64,000 bases of DNA. Origin: Octopus vulgaris (Eukaryota). The notes under the pieces were generated by a model. It was not told where the DNA came from and made no database searches. It saw only the letters and a list, made by a program, of their open reading frames with translations. The stretch lies in assembly GCA_951406725.2 (NCBI GenBank), contig OX597830.1:10726001-10790000 (forward strand), written 5' to 3'. Made by a program: the position numbers and the translations under genes. This document shows, one piece after another, positions 40,081-53,852 of the stretch (position 1 is the stretch's first letter; each line of letters starts with the position of its first letter).

Positions 40081-40560
40081 GGTGACACACTAGCACCTTA
40101 TCTCCTCACCATCGTTCTGGACTAAGTAATGTGTAGAGCGGACGAGGGGAAGGAAAAAGAGCTGGGATTGAAACTGCATCAGCAAAGAAGTAGACAGTAT
40201 CAAACAGTTACAGTAACTGACCAAGGCTATGCTGATGACCTGGCATTACTAACAAAGAGGACAGATCAGGCACAGGAGTTGCTGAGCAGATTAGAGCAGG
40301 AATCGGGGGAAGGTAGGATTGAACTGTAACGCAAAGAAAACAGAGCTGCAAGTATTCAACCAGGAAATACCTGTGTCAGTGAAAGTTGGAGGTGGAAAGT
40401 CACTGAAGGTAGCTGAAAATTTCGAGTGCCTCGGTGCGTGGACACAAAGTACTGGAAAAAGATATTGCAGCAAGGAAAACTCGTGCCTGGGGTGCATACC
40501 ATAAATTGTGAACGGTGTGAAGTTCAAAGTTAGCAAGGAAATAGAATGTGAGGTTGTTTC
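40081..40560 (+). pseudogene. RTE-like LINE reverse transcriptase fragment (stops and frameshifts)
   Basis: GDTLAPYLLTIVLD* (motif B), GYADDLALL (catalytic motif), NAKKTE, ENFECLGAW. Confidence 0.85.
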
Positions 40561-40579
40561 TGTATAACATATATATATA

Positions 40580-40965
40580 CTAGCAGCATAGCCCGGTGTT
40601 GCCCGGGTATGTAAGAGCCCCTAGTAGGCAACGACTAATCCCAATTTAGTTCTTTCCCTCTAGGGAACGAAGGCGCATGTGTAGGCTGCAATGTCTTCTC
40701 TTCACTCGAATACTTCTATGTATACGATGTTCCTAGCTGTCTCCCGACAGAAAATGTGTTGCATATAAAAAGCTTAGATTCTCGACCCCATGTCGAAATT
40801 ATCAATTTTTTTCAGAACTGGGAGAGCTTTTCAAAATTTTCGCTGCGTTAGTTTTGAATTATGACATTGGGCTATGTGTGTGTCAAGTTTCATCAGAATC
40901 GGTTGAAAGCCGTGGTCAGGGTGAGGGTACAACCTGACAGACACACAGACAGACAAACTGCCGTT

Positions 40966-40990
<25 letters not shown>
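40580..40990 (-). mobile_element. Short non-autonomous Helitron (~400 bp) in (TA)n
   Basis: Minus strand ends cccgggcaacaccggg-ctatgctg-CTAG|T; the 5' half matches 6222-6424. Confidence 0.85.
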
Positions 40991-41004
<14 letters not shown>

Positions 41005-41028
41005 GTATGTATATATATATGTATATAT

Positions 41029-41186
41029 GAAAACCCCACTAGAATGGGAGAAAGCGCTAATGATCTAAGTGATATGATATATATATATAAAATGTAATAT
41101 ATAAATATCTGTAAATATAAACCATCCAATCTTCTGATTACCTCATTTCTTCTAATATATGATACCTGTACATCATCTCCAAACCT

Positions 41187-41190
<4 letters not shown>
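41029..41190. repeat. Unclassified ~160-bp dispersed repeat
   Basis: Near-identical copy at ~57684-57849. Confidence 0.85.
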
Positions 41191-41239
<49 letters not shown>

Positions 41240-41697
41240 TATATATACATACATATATACATACACACACACACATATATATATACATATATATGTAAAA
41301 GCACCCACATGGGACCAAGTAAATGTGCCCATGTTGTGCCACATAAAAGCACCTGTGCAGTGCCATGCAAAAGCACCCAGCACACCCTGTAGAGTGGTCG
41401 GTGTTAGGAAGGGCATCCAGCTGTAGAACGCATGCCACATCATACTGGAGTCTGGTGCAGCTCACCAGCTTGCAAGCTCTAGTCAAACTGTCCAACCCAT
41501 GCCAGCATGGACAAAATGGACATTAAATGATGACGAGGATAATATATTTATATGCAAACACACAAGTACATACACACACACACACATATATATGCACACA
41601 CATGCACACACATATCTACACGCATATACATGTACACACATGCGCACACACACACACACACACACACGTGTACACACATATGAGTTTATATATATAT

Positions 41698-41930
41698 ATT
41701 TCTTTACTACCCACAAGGGGCTAAACATAGAGGGGACAAACAAGGACAGACAAAGGGATTAAGTCGATTACATCGACCCCAGTGCGAAACTGGTACTTTA
41801 TTTATCGACCCCGAAAGGATGAAAGACAAAGTCAACCTCGGCGGAATTCGAACTCATAACGTAACGACAGACGAAGTACCGCTAAGCATTTCGCCCTGCG
41901 CGCTAACGTTTCTGCCAGCTCGCCGCCTTA
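41698..41930 (-). mobile_element. Young family-B SINE
   Basis: Reverse complement of 31634-31866. Confidence 0.85.
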
Positions 41931-43179
41931 AATATATATATATGTATATATATAGTTTATATATATATGTACACACATACACACATATATACACACATAC
42001 ATGTATACATTTACACATGTGCACACATAAACCTACACACATATATATATTTATTTATCAAAATAGAATGCTGGAAAAAGTTGGTATATTTTTAATTTCA
42101 TGTAACATGTTAAATTACAAAATAAGACAACGATATTTTTTAATCTTAATCTGAAGAATTATGGATAGGAGATTCTACACATGTCTTTTCGATACATCTT
42201 CATGACTCCTATTTTGTAATGAAACATGTCTAACATAGAATTTAAAATACACCAAATTTTTCTAGTCTTTTCTTTTGATAACTAATTACATTGCAAATTA
42301 ATTACACTAACAATTTCAATTGCTATCTTATGGCTAGAGTAGAAAAGAAGGATTCATTCAAACAGAGTCTATGCAAAAAGATACTTGCCCAAGGTGCCAG
42401 GCAGAGGGATTGAACTTACAGCTGTGTGGTTTAAGTGATTGCTTATTTTTAGAATGACACTGTAGGGTAGGTGTGAGAGGCTGGATCTGGTTAGTTTGAA
42501 CATAAACAGGTGCACGCCGGGCGAAATGCATAGCCGTATTTCGTCTGCCATTACGTTCTGAGTTCAAATTCCGCCGAGGTCGACTTTGCCTTTCATCCTT
42601 TCGGGGTCGATTAAATAAGTAACAGTTGTGCACTGGGGTCGATATAATCGACTTAATCCCTTTGTCTGTCCTTGTTTGTCCTCTCTGTATTTAGCCCCTT
42701 GTGGGTAGTAAAGAAATAGGTAGAATATTTGAGCTGGATATGGCCAGATTAAATGCTAAAAGATTAATCACTCTTCAGTCCTTGAGCATTCTTCACTTCA
42801 CAGCCATTCTTACAAAAGACATAGTCCTCCTTATTTCTCGAGCAGAATTCCTACAGCAACTTTCCTGCACCTCTTTATTGCACTAACGAGGAACCCTTGA
42901 TGCCCTGCCAACCAATTCCATTCATACTCGGTCATAGTAGCTTTAACAGAAATTATGCTGTGTGTGATTGTATGTGTGTATGTGCATATATATATATATG
43001 TGTGTGTGCGTGTGTATATACACAGATATACATACATATATATGTATGTATGTATGTATGTATGTGTGTATATATATATATACATATATATACATACATA
43101 CATATATATACATATATATGTATATATGCATACATATATATATATATACAGGTATACATACATACATACATATATATAC

Positions 43180-43215
<36 letters not shown>

Positions 43216-43216
43216 C

Positions 43217-43448
43217 AAGGCGGCGAGCTGGCAGAAACGTTAGCACGCCGGGCGAAATGCGTTGCCGTATTTCGTCTGCCATTACGTTCCGAGTTCAAAT
43301 CCGCCGAGGTCGACTTTGCCTTTCATCCTTCCGGGGTCGATAAATTAAGTACCAGCTACGCACTGGGGTCGATGTAATCGACTTAATCCGTTTGTCTGTC
43401 CTTGTTTGTCTCCTCTGTGTTTAGCCCCTTGTGGGTAGTAAAGAAATA
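43217..43448 (+). mobile_element. Young family-B SINE
   Basis: Matches 31634-31866; a 5'-truncated copy also lies at 42510-42720. Confidence 0.85.
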
Positions 43449-43702
43449 TATATATATATACACAGGTATATGCATATATATATATATATACAAGTATAGA
43501 TACGTGTACATACATATGCATATATATTTACATATATATATATATTTACACACACACACACATATATATATTATGGCTGCCCCCTCGTTAACAAGTATGC
43601 CCACTGCACGAAGCTTAACTGTTACTGGTGCAGCTAAAGATCCACAATGTCTTGTACAGAATTGGCAACTAAAACCTTTACCGGTAATATACATATATAT
43701 AT

Positions 43703-43763
<61 letters not shown>

Positions 43764-44123
43764 CATATATATATATATATACATACATACATATATATAT
43801 ATATACATACATACATATATATATATATACATACATACATACATATATATATACATACATACATATATATATACATACATACATATATATACATACATAC
43901 ATATATATACATACATACATACATATATATACATGCATACATACATCATCATCATCATCGTTTAACGTCCATTTTCCATGCTAGCATGGGTTGGACAGTT
44001 CGACCGGGGTCTGATAAGCCATGGAGGCTGCACCAGTCTCCAATCTTGATTTAGCAGTGTTTCTACAGCTGGATGCCCTTCCTAACGCCAACCACTCCGT
44101 GAGTGTAATATATATATATATAC

Positions 44124-44259
<136 letters not shown>

Positions 44260-44592
44260 CATGCATACGTCTGTCCCAACTTTTCTCTGTCTGTCTACAG
44301 CTAATTAGTACCCTAATACTAATTAATAGAATTATTACTTAGGTGCTAATTAGTACCTTAGCTGACAACATATTTATCTTAAGGTCTTCACACTTCAAGC
44401 CAATGTTTTGTTACTTAATTAGTAAGATTAGTACTGCAGTATTAATTAGTGCCTGAGCCAAAGACACATCCACAGCTCGTTGTACTTACTAGCTGGCAAC
44501 AGTTCTGTGTTTAAAAGTTTGTTACACAGCTTTTCGGATTGAGTCAACAATGAGAAGAAGCTGGGAGAGAGAGAGAGGGGGGGGGGAGAGAA

Positions 44593-44635
<43 letters not shown>

Positions 44636-44811
44636 TAGACAGAGAGACAAACAGACAGAGAAACTGAGACAGAGAGAGACAGACAGACACAGAGAGAGAC
44701 AGACAGACACAGAGAGAGACAGACAGAGATAGACACAGAGACAGAGACAGACAGACAGAGAGAGACAGACAGACAGAGACAAACAGAGAGAGAGAGAGAC
44801 AGAGAGTGTGT

Positions 44812-44863
<52 letters not shown>

Positions 44864-45143
44864 GTGTGTGAGTGTGTGTGAATGTGTGTGTGAGAGAGAG
44901 TCTGAAAGAGATAGAAAGATGGTGTATGTGAGAAAAGAGGGAGGAAGAGAGAGAATGAGAGAGGTAGAGAGTGGCAGTGAGTGTGACAGAGGAAGAGAGA
45001 GAGAGGGAGAAATAGGGGAGGGAGAGAGAGAAAGAGAGAAATAAAGGGAGAGAGGGGCAGTGTGTACATGTATGGGAGAGAGAGACAGACAGACAGACAG
45101 GCATACAGAGATACAGGCAGGCAAAGAGAGAGTGCATGTGTAT

Positions 45144-45180
<37 letters not shown>

Positions 45181-46649
45181 TAAGGGAGAGAGGGGTAAAG
45201 AGTGACAGTGTATGTGACAGAAAGAGAGAGAGAGGGAAATAGAGAGACAGAGATAGACAGGCAAAGAGATTGTATGTGTGGGAGAGAGAGAGTAGGAGAC
45301 ATAGTAAGGGAGAAAGAGCAAGAGAGAGAAAAAGAAAGTGTATGACAGTGTACATGTGTGAGAGAGAGGGAGAAAGTGAGAGAGACAGAGAGAGAAAACA
45401 GACAACAAAGAGATCAGAAGAGAGAGTGAGAGGAAGAGAGAGAGAGAGAGAGTAAGAGACAGACAGAGGAAGTCAGACAGAAAGTGTGTGTGTGTGCATG
45501 TGTGCGTGTGGTGGGTTGAGAGTGAAAAGTTATATGTGTGTGTGTGTGAGGGAAAGTAGAGACAAGAGTGTGGATGTGTTATGTGTGTGTATATGCATGT
45601 ATGCTTGCTATGAGAGAGAGTGTGTATATATGTGTGTGTGTATATGTATGCATGGATGTTTAGAGTGTGTGTGTGAGAGAGAGAGAGAGAAAATGCATAT
45701 GGATGCAAAGAATGTTTGTGCATGTGTGTTTGGAGTGGAGTGTGTGTGTGTGTGTGTGTGTGGGAGAGAGACAAACAGACAGACAGAGTGTCTGTGTGTA
45801 TGCATGTATGTTTGGATGCATGTGTGTGTGCGAGTGTGTGTGTGTGTACGAAGGCTTAAGTGAGAAAATGTGTGCAGGAATGAGTGTGTGTGCATAAGTG
45901 CGTGTGCATGAGAATATATGAATATGCACAAGTACGTGAATGCGTGAGTGATGCAATGGGGGAGAGTGTATATACATGTGTGACTGTGTTTGTCTAGGTG
46001 TGTGTGTAGGAGTGTGAAGGAACGTGGCCCAATGGTTAGGGTATTCAGCTTACGATCATAGGGCCGTGGGTTCATTCCCAGCGACACATTCTGTCCTTGA
46101 GCGAGACATTTTATTTCACATCACCCCAATTGACTCCAGTGGCAAAAATGAGTTGTACTTGTAATCCAGAATGGCAGCTTTGTCTGTGGTGTACTCAGCC
46201 ACTTGCATGTTTATTTGTGAGGTTTGATACCCTGTGACTCATTGTGTCATAGCTTTGTCACAGTTTTGTCACATTCGGGGCAGCTTTGTCACATTCTGTG
46301 TCACACTGAATCACCCTGAGAACTACATTAAGGATATGCTTGTCTGTGGTGTACTCAGCCACTTGCATGTTAATTTGTGAAGTTTAATACCCTGTGACAC
46401 ATTGTGTCATAGCTTTGTCACATTCTGTGTCACACTGAATCACCCTGAGAACTACATTGAGGATACGTTTGTCTGTGGTGTACTCAGCCACTTGCATGTT
46501 AATTTGTGAAGTTTGATACCCTGTGACACATTGTGTCCTTAAGCAAGACACTTTATTTCACATTGCTGCAGTCCACTCTACTAGCAAAAATGCGTTGTAC
46601 CAGTAATTCAGTAGGGCAGCTCTCTAAGAACTACATTAAGGGTATGCAT

Positions 46650-47105
46650 AAGGGTGGAGTGAAAATTAAAAAATTGTGGAAATTGAAAATGTGTGAGGGC
46701 TAAAATGTTGCTATATTCAATTACTACAAAAAAGGCTCAATTTTTTCTGAGATCAATCAAGAGCATTCACTCCCTCAAGTCCCCTAAACTCTGAAAATGG
46801 GGGATTTTTGTAAATTTTTTCACAATAGCGGGGTTTGAGGGAGTAAATACCCCTGACTGAACTAAGCAAAAATTTTGCATTTTTCTAGTAATAATTTATA
46901 GCAAGTTCAAATTCCACCGAGGTCGACTGCCTGTCATTCTTTCGGGGTAGATGAATTAAGTACTAGTTGCATATTGGGGTTGATCTAATAAACTGGCCCA
47001 CTGTCGCTAAAAATTTTGGGCCTTGGACCTAGAGTAGAAAAGAATAATATATAGCAAGATTTTAGGCCCCAAGCATTTTTTATTTTTTATTTTCACCCCA
47101 CCCTA
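46650..47105. mobile_element. hAT-like MITE ((T)AGGGTG termini) containing a truncated family-B SINE
   Basis: TIR agggtggagtgaaaat / attttcaccccacccta; nested SINE 46906-47042 with TSD aataatttatagcaag / aataatatatagcaag. Confidence 0.75.
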
Positions 47106-47497
47106 ACACACGTATGTGCATGCGGGTATAGAGATTGTGTTTGAATGCACATGGCATAGTGGTTAGGACATTTGGCTTGCAATCATAAGATTGTGAGTTC
47201 AATTCCTAGTGATGCATTGTGTTCTTGAGCAAGACACTTTATTTCACGTTGCTCCAGTCCACTCAGCTGACAAATATGAATAGTACCTGTATTTCAAAGG
47301 GCCAGCCTTGTCACACGCTGCATCACGTTAAATCTCCCTGATATCTGCGTTAAGGGCACACATGTCTGTGGAGTGCCCAACCACTCGCACATTAATTTCA
47401 TGAGCAAGCTGGCCATGAAAGTTGGTCATATCAGTTGGTACCCCTCGTCATCGTAACCAACAGAGTGGCCCCTTTTTTGTATATAGACTGTGTAACC

Positions 47498-47718
47498 TAG
47501 GGTAGAGTGAAAATAAAAAACTGAAAATGCCTGAGGACTAAAATGCTAAATGTTTGCAACAAAAATCCCCCATTTTCAGGGTTAAGGGGGCTTGAGGGAG
47601 TAAATGCCCTTAATTGATCTCAGTGAAAATTTAGCAGTTTTCTAGGAATCAAATGTAACAATATTTTAGCTTTTAGGCATTTTTAGTTTCCAAAATCTTT
47701 TATTTTCATTTCACCCTA
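47498..47718. mobile_element. Second copy of the same MITE, inverted
   Basis: TIR tagggtagagtgaaaataaa / tttattttcatttcacccta; internal block is the reverse complement of ~46746-46812. Confidence 0.75.
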
Positions 47719-48420
47719 GTATGCATGTCTGTGGAGCACTCAGCCACTTGCACATTAATTTTACAAGCAGGCTGTTCCATTGATTGGACCAACTGGAATC
47801 CTTGTTGTCGTAACTGAAAGAGTGTTAGAGTGGGGGGAGGCAGATTTGTGTGTGAATGTGTGTGTGCATGAGGGATTGTGCGAGTGTGTGCGGGTGCATA
47901 TGTGTATAAGAAAATGGGTGTGTATATTCGTGTGCATGAGCATAAGTGTGTGTGTGTGTATGTCTATGTATGAATGTGTGTGTGTGAGCATGACAAGTGA
48001 GTACATGGGTAAGCAAGAGCATGCAATTGCTGAGTAAATGAGCCCATGATCATATGAAAGCATCATGAGTACATGTGGAGATGGGGGAGAGGGGTCTAGG
48101 TGAACGCCTATATGTATGTATGTGAGTCTATGAAGGTATATGAGCCCTTGAGTGTATAAATCAGGGTAAAAAAACAAAAATAGATGAAAGGTCCTTCCTG
48201 AGCTATAGGCTCATAAATCCAGCTTCCTCAGATTCTGTGGTGCATATATTCCCCTGCCCCCTGGGATGGGATGTTAGGCCATCAGAAAATTACTGATTTT
48301 TGCCAGCTGAGTGGACTGGAGCAATATGAAATGGAAAGTCTAGCTCAAGAACACAACGTATCCCCACCAGTTCAGGAACTGAGATTACATCTTAAGATCA
48401 TAAATGCAACACCCTAGCCA

Positions 48421-48623
48421 GCCATTCAAGAATTTGAACCTGGAGATCTCCATTTCTGGCGACTTCGAGGGCCACCTCCCAGTGGTGTCAGGTGTCAACG
48501 AAGAGCTCTCGACTATAAGACGACTACAGCTTTTTTTTTCTTTTCCCAAGGTCTGGGGTCTCCCGCCCCTAAGTCCTAGACCATCACCTAATCACCCTTA
48601 CCTGTCTTTTTGCTTAACAACAA
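48421..48623 (+). mobile_element. 5'-truncated retroposon with (AAC)n tail
   Basis: Perfect 14-bp TSD caacaccctagcca at 48407-48420 and 48624-48637, inserted in an older SINE. Confidence 0.75.
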
Positions 48624-49299
48624 CAACACCCTAGCCACTAAGCCATGCATCTCCACCTGCCTTGACTGGAAAGAGCTTTCAAGGGATCAAAGGTTCTTCG
48701 CAAGCTATGGGCTGGTTTCCCAGATTCTGTGGTATTTATATATACCCCACATGATGGGACACCACTCCATCACAGGCTGCTCGTTTTTGCCAGCTGAGGG
48801 AACAGCAATGTGGAATGAAGTATCTTGCTTAAGGGCACAATGCAGCACCCAGTCCAGGAACTGAAACCAAAATTTTAGTCATACGTGCACCAGCCTAACC
48901 ACTACACCAAGACATCTCCATTTCTTTTGATCAGGAAGAAACTACGAAGGATCAAAGATCCTTCTCAAGCCAGTACCTCACCTCATAAGGTTGGTTTCCC
49001 TTTATCCAGTGGTGTACATATCCCATCCCTGGATAGAGTACCAGTCTATGACAGGATTACTAACTTTCACCAACTGAGTAGAATGGAGCAACATGAGACA
49101 ATGAATTTTGCACAAAAGATTGCAATGAATCGTCCAAGCCTGGGATTGAAACCACAATCTTACAATCATGACTACAACAGCCTAACCACTAAGCCACACG
49201 TCTCCACCTTACTTGATCAGAAAGAAAGTACAAAGGATCAAATGTCCTTCCAAAGCCAGAAGCTCACCTCATAAGGCTGGTTTTCCTTTTTCAATGGTA

Positions 49300-49479
49300 T
49301 CGTTAGCCACTAAACACATTTTTTTCTTTTCTTATTTCTCTCCTTGTTTTTTCTGTGTCCCTTTCTGTAGAAGAGCGTAGGCTCGAAATGTAAAAGACTT
49401 TTTCTATTCCTGAGTGTTATATTAATACATCTGTTTGTTTTGTACACCACCTGTCTTCATTTTTTGTTTTTTTCGTAAA

Positions 49480-49485
<6 letters not shown>
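49300..49485 (+). mobile_element. Third copy of the Penelope-like repeat with hammerhead-like motif (49361-49396)
   Basis: cttt CTGTAGAA gagcgtaggctc GAAATGTA aaag. Confidence 0.6.
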
Positions 49486-49524
<39 letters not shown>

Positions 49525-50233
49525 CATATATATTCCATCCCTGGATAGGATACTGGTCTGTAGCAGAATTATTTACTTTTGGTAACTGATTAGACTGGAG
49601 CAAAAATGAAATGATGAATTTTGCACAAAAAAAAACGCAATGCAACGCCCAGTCCAGGAATTGAAACCACAATTGTACATCCATGAGTCCAACAGCCTAA
49701 GCACTTAGCCACCTGCCTGTAGATAGTTTTCAGTGTACATGTCTGCTGATGCACAAATGCAGACGTAAGCCCATGTATGGCTGTATGTATGTACACATGC
49801 ATGAATGCATGTGTGCATGTTTATTGCAAGACAACATTGGTAATTTAATAATGAGATAATGTGTTACCATTGACACCCTCAGACAAAAAGAAAAACAATA
49901 AAAAGAAAACAAAACAAAACAAAAAAAAAGGAACAAAGAGAAGAGAGAGAGAGAGAAAGAAGGACGAGGTGTGATGCAAATTGTCGTTTTATTTATTTAT
50001 CAATTCTGTTTTATCTCCCCCAGGGACACAGGCAGTTGTAATCGCCAAATGAACAACAACATTTCTCTGTGGTTAATTAAAACAATATGTATAATAGCGC
50101 TTACTAGACCTTTCTGGTTCCCCCACATCCCCACTGGGTCCCCCAACCAACACCCTGCTCACCTTGCCTCACCACAACCACCACCACCGCCACCACGACC
50201 ATTCTGTAATGCAACTTTCTCTTTTGGCATTAA

Positions 50234-50274
<41 letters not shown>

Positions 50275-50568
50275 TTATCATTGCTACTAATATTACGACT
50301 TGTTGTTGTTGTTGTTGTTGTTATTTTTACCATTTTATCTCCACTAACAAAATGAGGAGGAGGGTGAGGGAGAAGAGGAAATCTGCAGACATCTGGTTTG
50401 AGAAGTAAGGACGATACCCTGGGTATACATTTGTCACAAAGTAATTGTTTCGGGAGATTTATATAGAAGATGCTAGATAGATGTATATATAAATGTATAT
50501 ATTCAAACAGATGCATATATACATGTGTGTATGTACACACACACACATATTTATACATACAATGTAAT

Positions 50569-50623
<55 letters not shown>

Positions 50624-50710
50624 AATATATCTATATACACATATATATGCATATATATGTACACATTTATAAATGTGTAAAGGTGGGTACATATATGTAT
50701 AACCACATAC

Positions 50711-50746
<36 letters not shown>

Positions 50747-52116
50747 TACATACACATATTATAAAAACTGAGAGAGAGAGAGAGAAAGAGAGAGAGTGTG
50801 TGTGCATGTGTCTATATATATATATATATATAGGCATAGGTATTATGAGTGTAAATATACACATATCTGCACACAGATACACATATATATATAAACATGT
50901 ATAAACATATATAAAAACATGTTTATATATAAACATACATATATCTATAGATATATATATATATAAAATATATATATATATAGACATATAAGACGTGTGT
51001 GTATATATAAATATACGTGTACATATATAAACATTCATATATATATATAAGCAAATATACGTATATATAAGCATATAAACATATATATATATATATATAT
51101 ACATACATATATATACATATATATATATGTGCATTATATATATATATATATATACATATACATACATATATATATGTATGTATTATATATATATATAAAT
51201 ATATATATATATACACATATGTACATATACATATACATATATACATATATATATATGTGCACACATACACATCTATATAAACATACATAAATATAAGCAC
51301 ATGTGCTTCTGTATATACATGTATCTGTTTAAGTGAGTGTATATATGCATGTATGTGCAATCTTTGGAATAAATTGGCAGAGTTTGAAAAAATAAGTAAA
51401 CACTGTTAATTCTAACCAAATGTTAGAAAAATATTCATCACCATTATTTGAAAATTTAATTTTAAAAATTTCAACACAGAAAACCACCACTACCACCAAC
51501 AACAACAACAACAACAAAAATAATAATAATAATAATAATAATGATGATGATGATGATGATGATAATAACAATAATAATAATAGTGGTGGTGGTGATGATG
51601 ATGATAATCAGCCAGTTTTGCTTTCGTGATAATATCGGTTAACTAAATCATGTGCCAACTATCAAGATTCTTGGATTGAATTTGCTACAAGTCTTTAGAT
51701 TGTTATCGTTTTAATTAAATGTTAGTTTAAACCGCTAATATGAAAATAAATGGTTCAAGTAGCAGCGGAATGAAATGCATTTATGTATGACATTCTGTTG
51801 ACACTTTCGCTTTTGTTGAAATCATCACCATCAGCATCATTATCATCATCATCGTCATTATAAACATAAACAATATCGTTATTACTATTATTGTTGTTAT
51901 CTAAGAAGTGAGCTGGAAGTGTCATTAGCACATCAAATAAAATGCTTAACAGCAATTCTTTGAGCTCTTTACATACTTGGTTCAAATTCTGCCTAAGTCA
52001 GCTTTGCTTTTTCATCCTTCCAGGGTTAACAAAATAGGTACAGTTGACCGTTGGGGGTTGAAGTAATTAATTTAAATTGCCGGCCCTGTGCCAAAATTGG
52101 AAACCATTATTATTAC

Positions 52117-52862
52117 CGTGTGCTCAGTCCTCTGTCAGTTGGGAGATGCCGCCTGATAGAAATTCCACTCTGCAAGCTGGCAGAAACGTTAGCACGCCGG
52201 GCGAAATGCTGAGCGATATTTCGTCTGCCGCTACATTCTGTGTTCAAATTCCACCGAGGTCAACTATGCCTTTCATCCTTTCGGGGTCGATTAAATAAGT
52301 ACCAATTACGCACTGGGGTCGATATAATAATCTTAATCCGTGTGTCTGTCCTTGTTTGTCCCCTCTGTGTTTAGCCCCTTGTGGGCAGGAAAGAAATAAG
52401 AAATTCCACTCTGGTGTTCTATAGAGGGTTAGTGATTAGTGCAATAATGTTTTTGGGGACACCCTAGGTGTAGACGAGAACCAACTGGTTGGTCTGTTCT
52501 AGAGAACTTTCAGGCCAGTGCCTATGGCTAATTTCCAGAAATCCCACAGTCCTACCAGGGGGCATTGCCAGTTTGATATAAACTCTACAGGCATGGAAAT
52601 GCTGTCAGCTGGACTTGCCCAAGATGCATGCAAAGAGATGAATCTGTTCTGCATGTCCTCATCCTATGTCCAAGCATTACTGACTTGTGGGTTTATGTCA
52701 AACACCAGCTGACACTTGTAGGATGGATCCATCTGTCAGCTGAGTTCATTTGAAGATCATCCTGCCACTTTCCTTTGACCAAGAAGAGCAGGTAGTGTTC
52801 CTTTGCCAGGTGGTCTTAGCGAACGACGTGTGTGGTGGACCAGATTGAAAGGGCTTTCAGAG
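52117..52862 (+). pseudogene. Tx1/L1-like LINE ORF2 C-terminal region, part 1 (interrupted by a family-B SINE at 52173-52398)
   Basis: GALPV*YKLYRHG...CPRCMQRDESVLHVLILC = C-x2-C-x8-H-x4-C knuckle (52616-52669), later VWWTRLKGL; SINE TSD agaaattccactctg at 52158-52172 and 52399-52413. Confidence 0.75.
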
Positions 52863-53852
52863 GTGATTTCAGCTCTGGTGTTGAGTGCATTTCTTCTTTT
52901 TCCATTTTTTCTTTTGTTCTTTGGCGTCAATGAATGTCAGCAGGTGACTGACCATCCTGCCAAATTTCCCTTTAAATACTCACTGGTAGGCTCCAGCAGC
53001 CAGCACCAGCTAGTTGTCACATGACACTGTCTAAACTTTAACTGAGCAATGGAGGGGAAGGGTGTGTAATCTTAGCCAGTGCCCTCCCTAAACCTGCCTT
53101 CAAACAGTGTCCTGTTAGTTTCAGTTCCAGCAGCCAGATCCAGCCAGCTGTTTGGTGGTACAAGCCTTCGATCCAGAAGGAGGAGGTGCTATGAACAAGA
53201 ATGCTACCTTGGTCTAGCCTAGTTAGTACTTAGATGGGTGACCACTTGGGAAACCTAGATGTTGTAAGCATCTCACATCTGATATGCTGGTAGCACAAAA
53301 AAGACACCAAGCACACTCTGTAAAGTGGTTGGGTGTTCAGCCATAGAAACCACACCAAAGCAGACAATTGGGACCTGGACAGCTCCCTGGATTGCCAGCT
53401 CCTGTCAAACAATAAACCCATGCCAGCACAGAAAACAGACATTAAATGATGATGATGGGGAGTTTTGCTTTTTGGTAGGAATATTTAGTCGGTCTATCGA
53501 CTTTTGATGCTGTACAAAGTCAAGTCGACCCTCTTGCAACAAGATCCAAGCTGAAAACTACCAAATTTAATACAGTTAACTAATATCCTGTAACAAACTA
53601 ATGACTTTTCCCTTCAAACCGATCTCATAATTTCTGTATTTATGAAAATATCAAATTTCTGTTGATATTCAAATAGGTGCAGGCATGGCTGTGTGGTAAA
53701 AAGCTTGCTCCCCAATAACATGGTTCTGGGTTCAGTCCTACTCTGTGACACCTTAAGCAAGTATTTTCTAATATAGCCTTGGGCAGACCAAATCTTTCTG
53801 AGTAGATTTGGCTGATGGAAAATGAAAGAAGCCCCATCATACACACACACAC
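52863..53852 (+). repeat. ~1-kb direct duplicate of 55813-56816
   Basis: Near-identical by eye; paired ORF-track entries are offset by 2965 bp (53230/56195, 53325/56290). Confidence 0.95.
53216..53270 (+). pseudogene. 5S rRNA 3'-half fragment
   Basis: agcctagttagtacttagatgggtgaccacttgggaaacctagatgttgtaagca (box C region). Confidence 0.8.
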
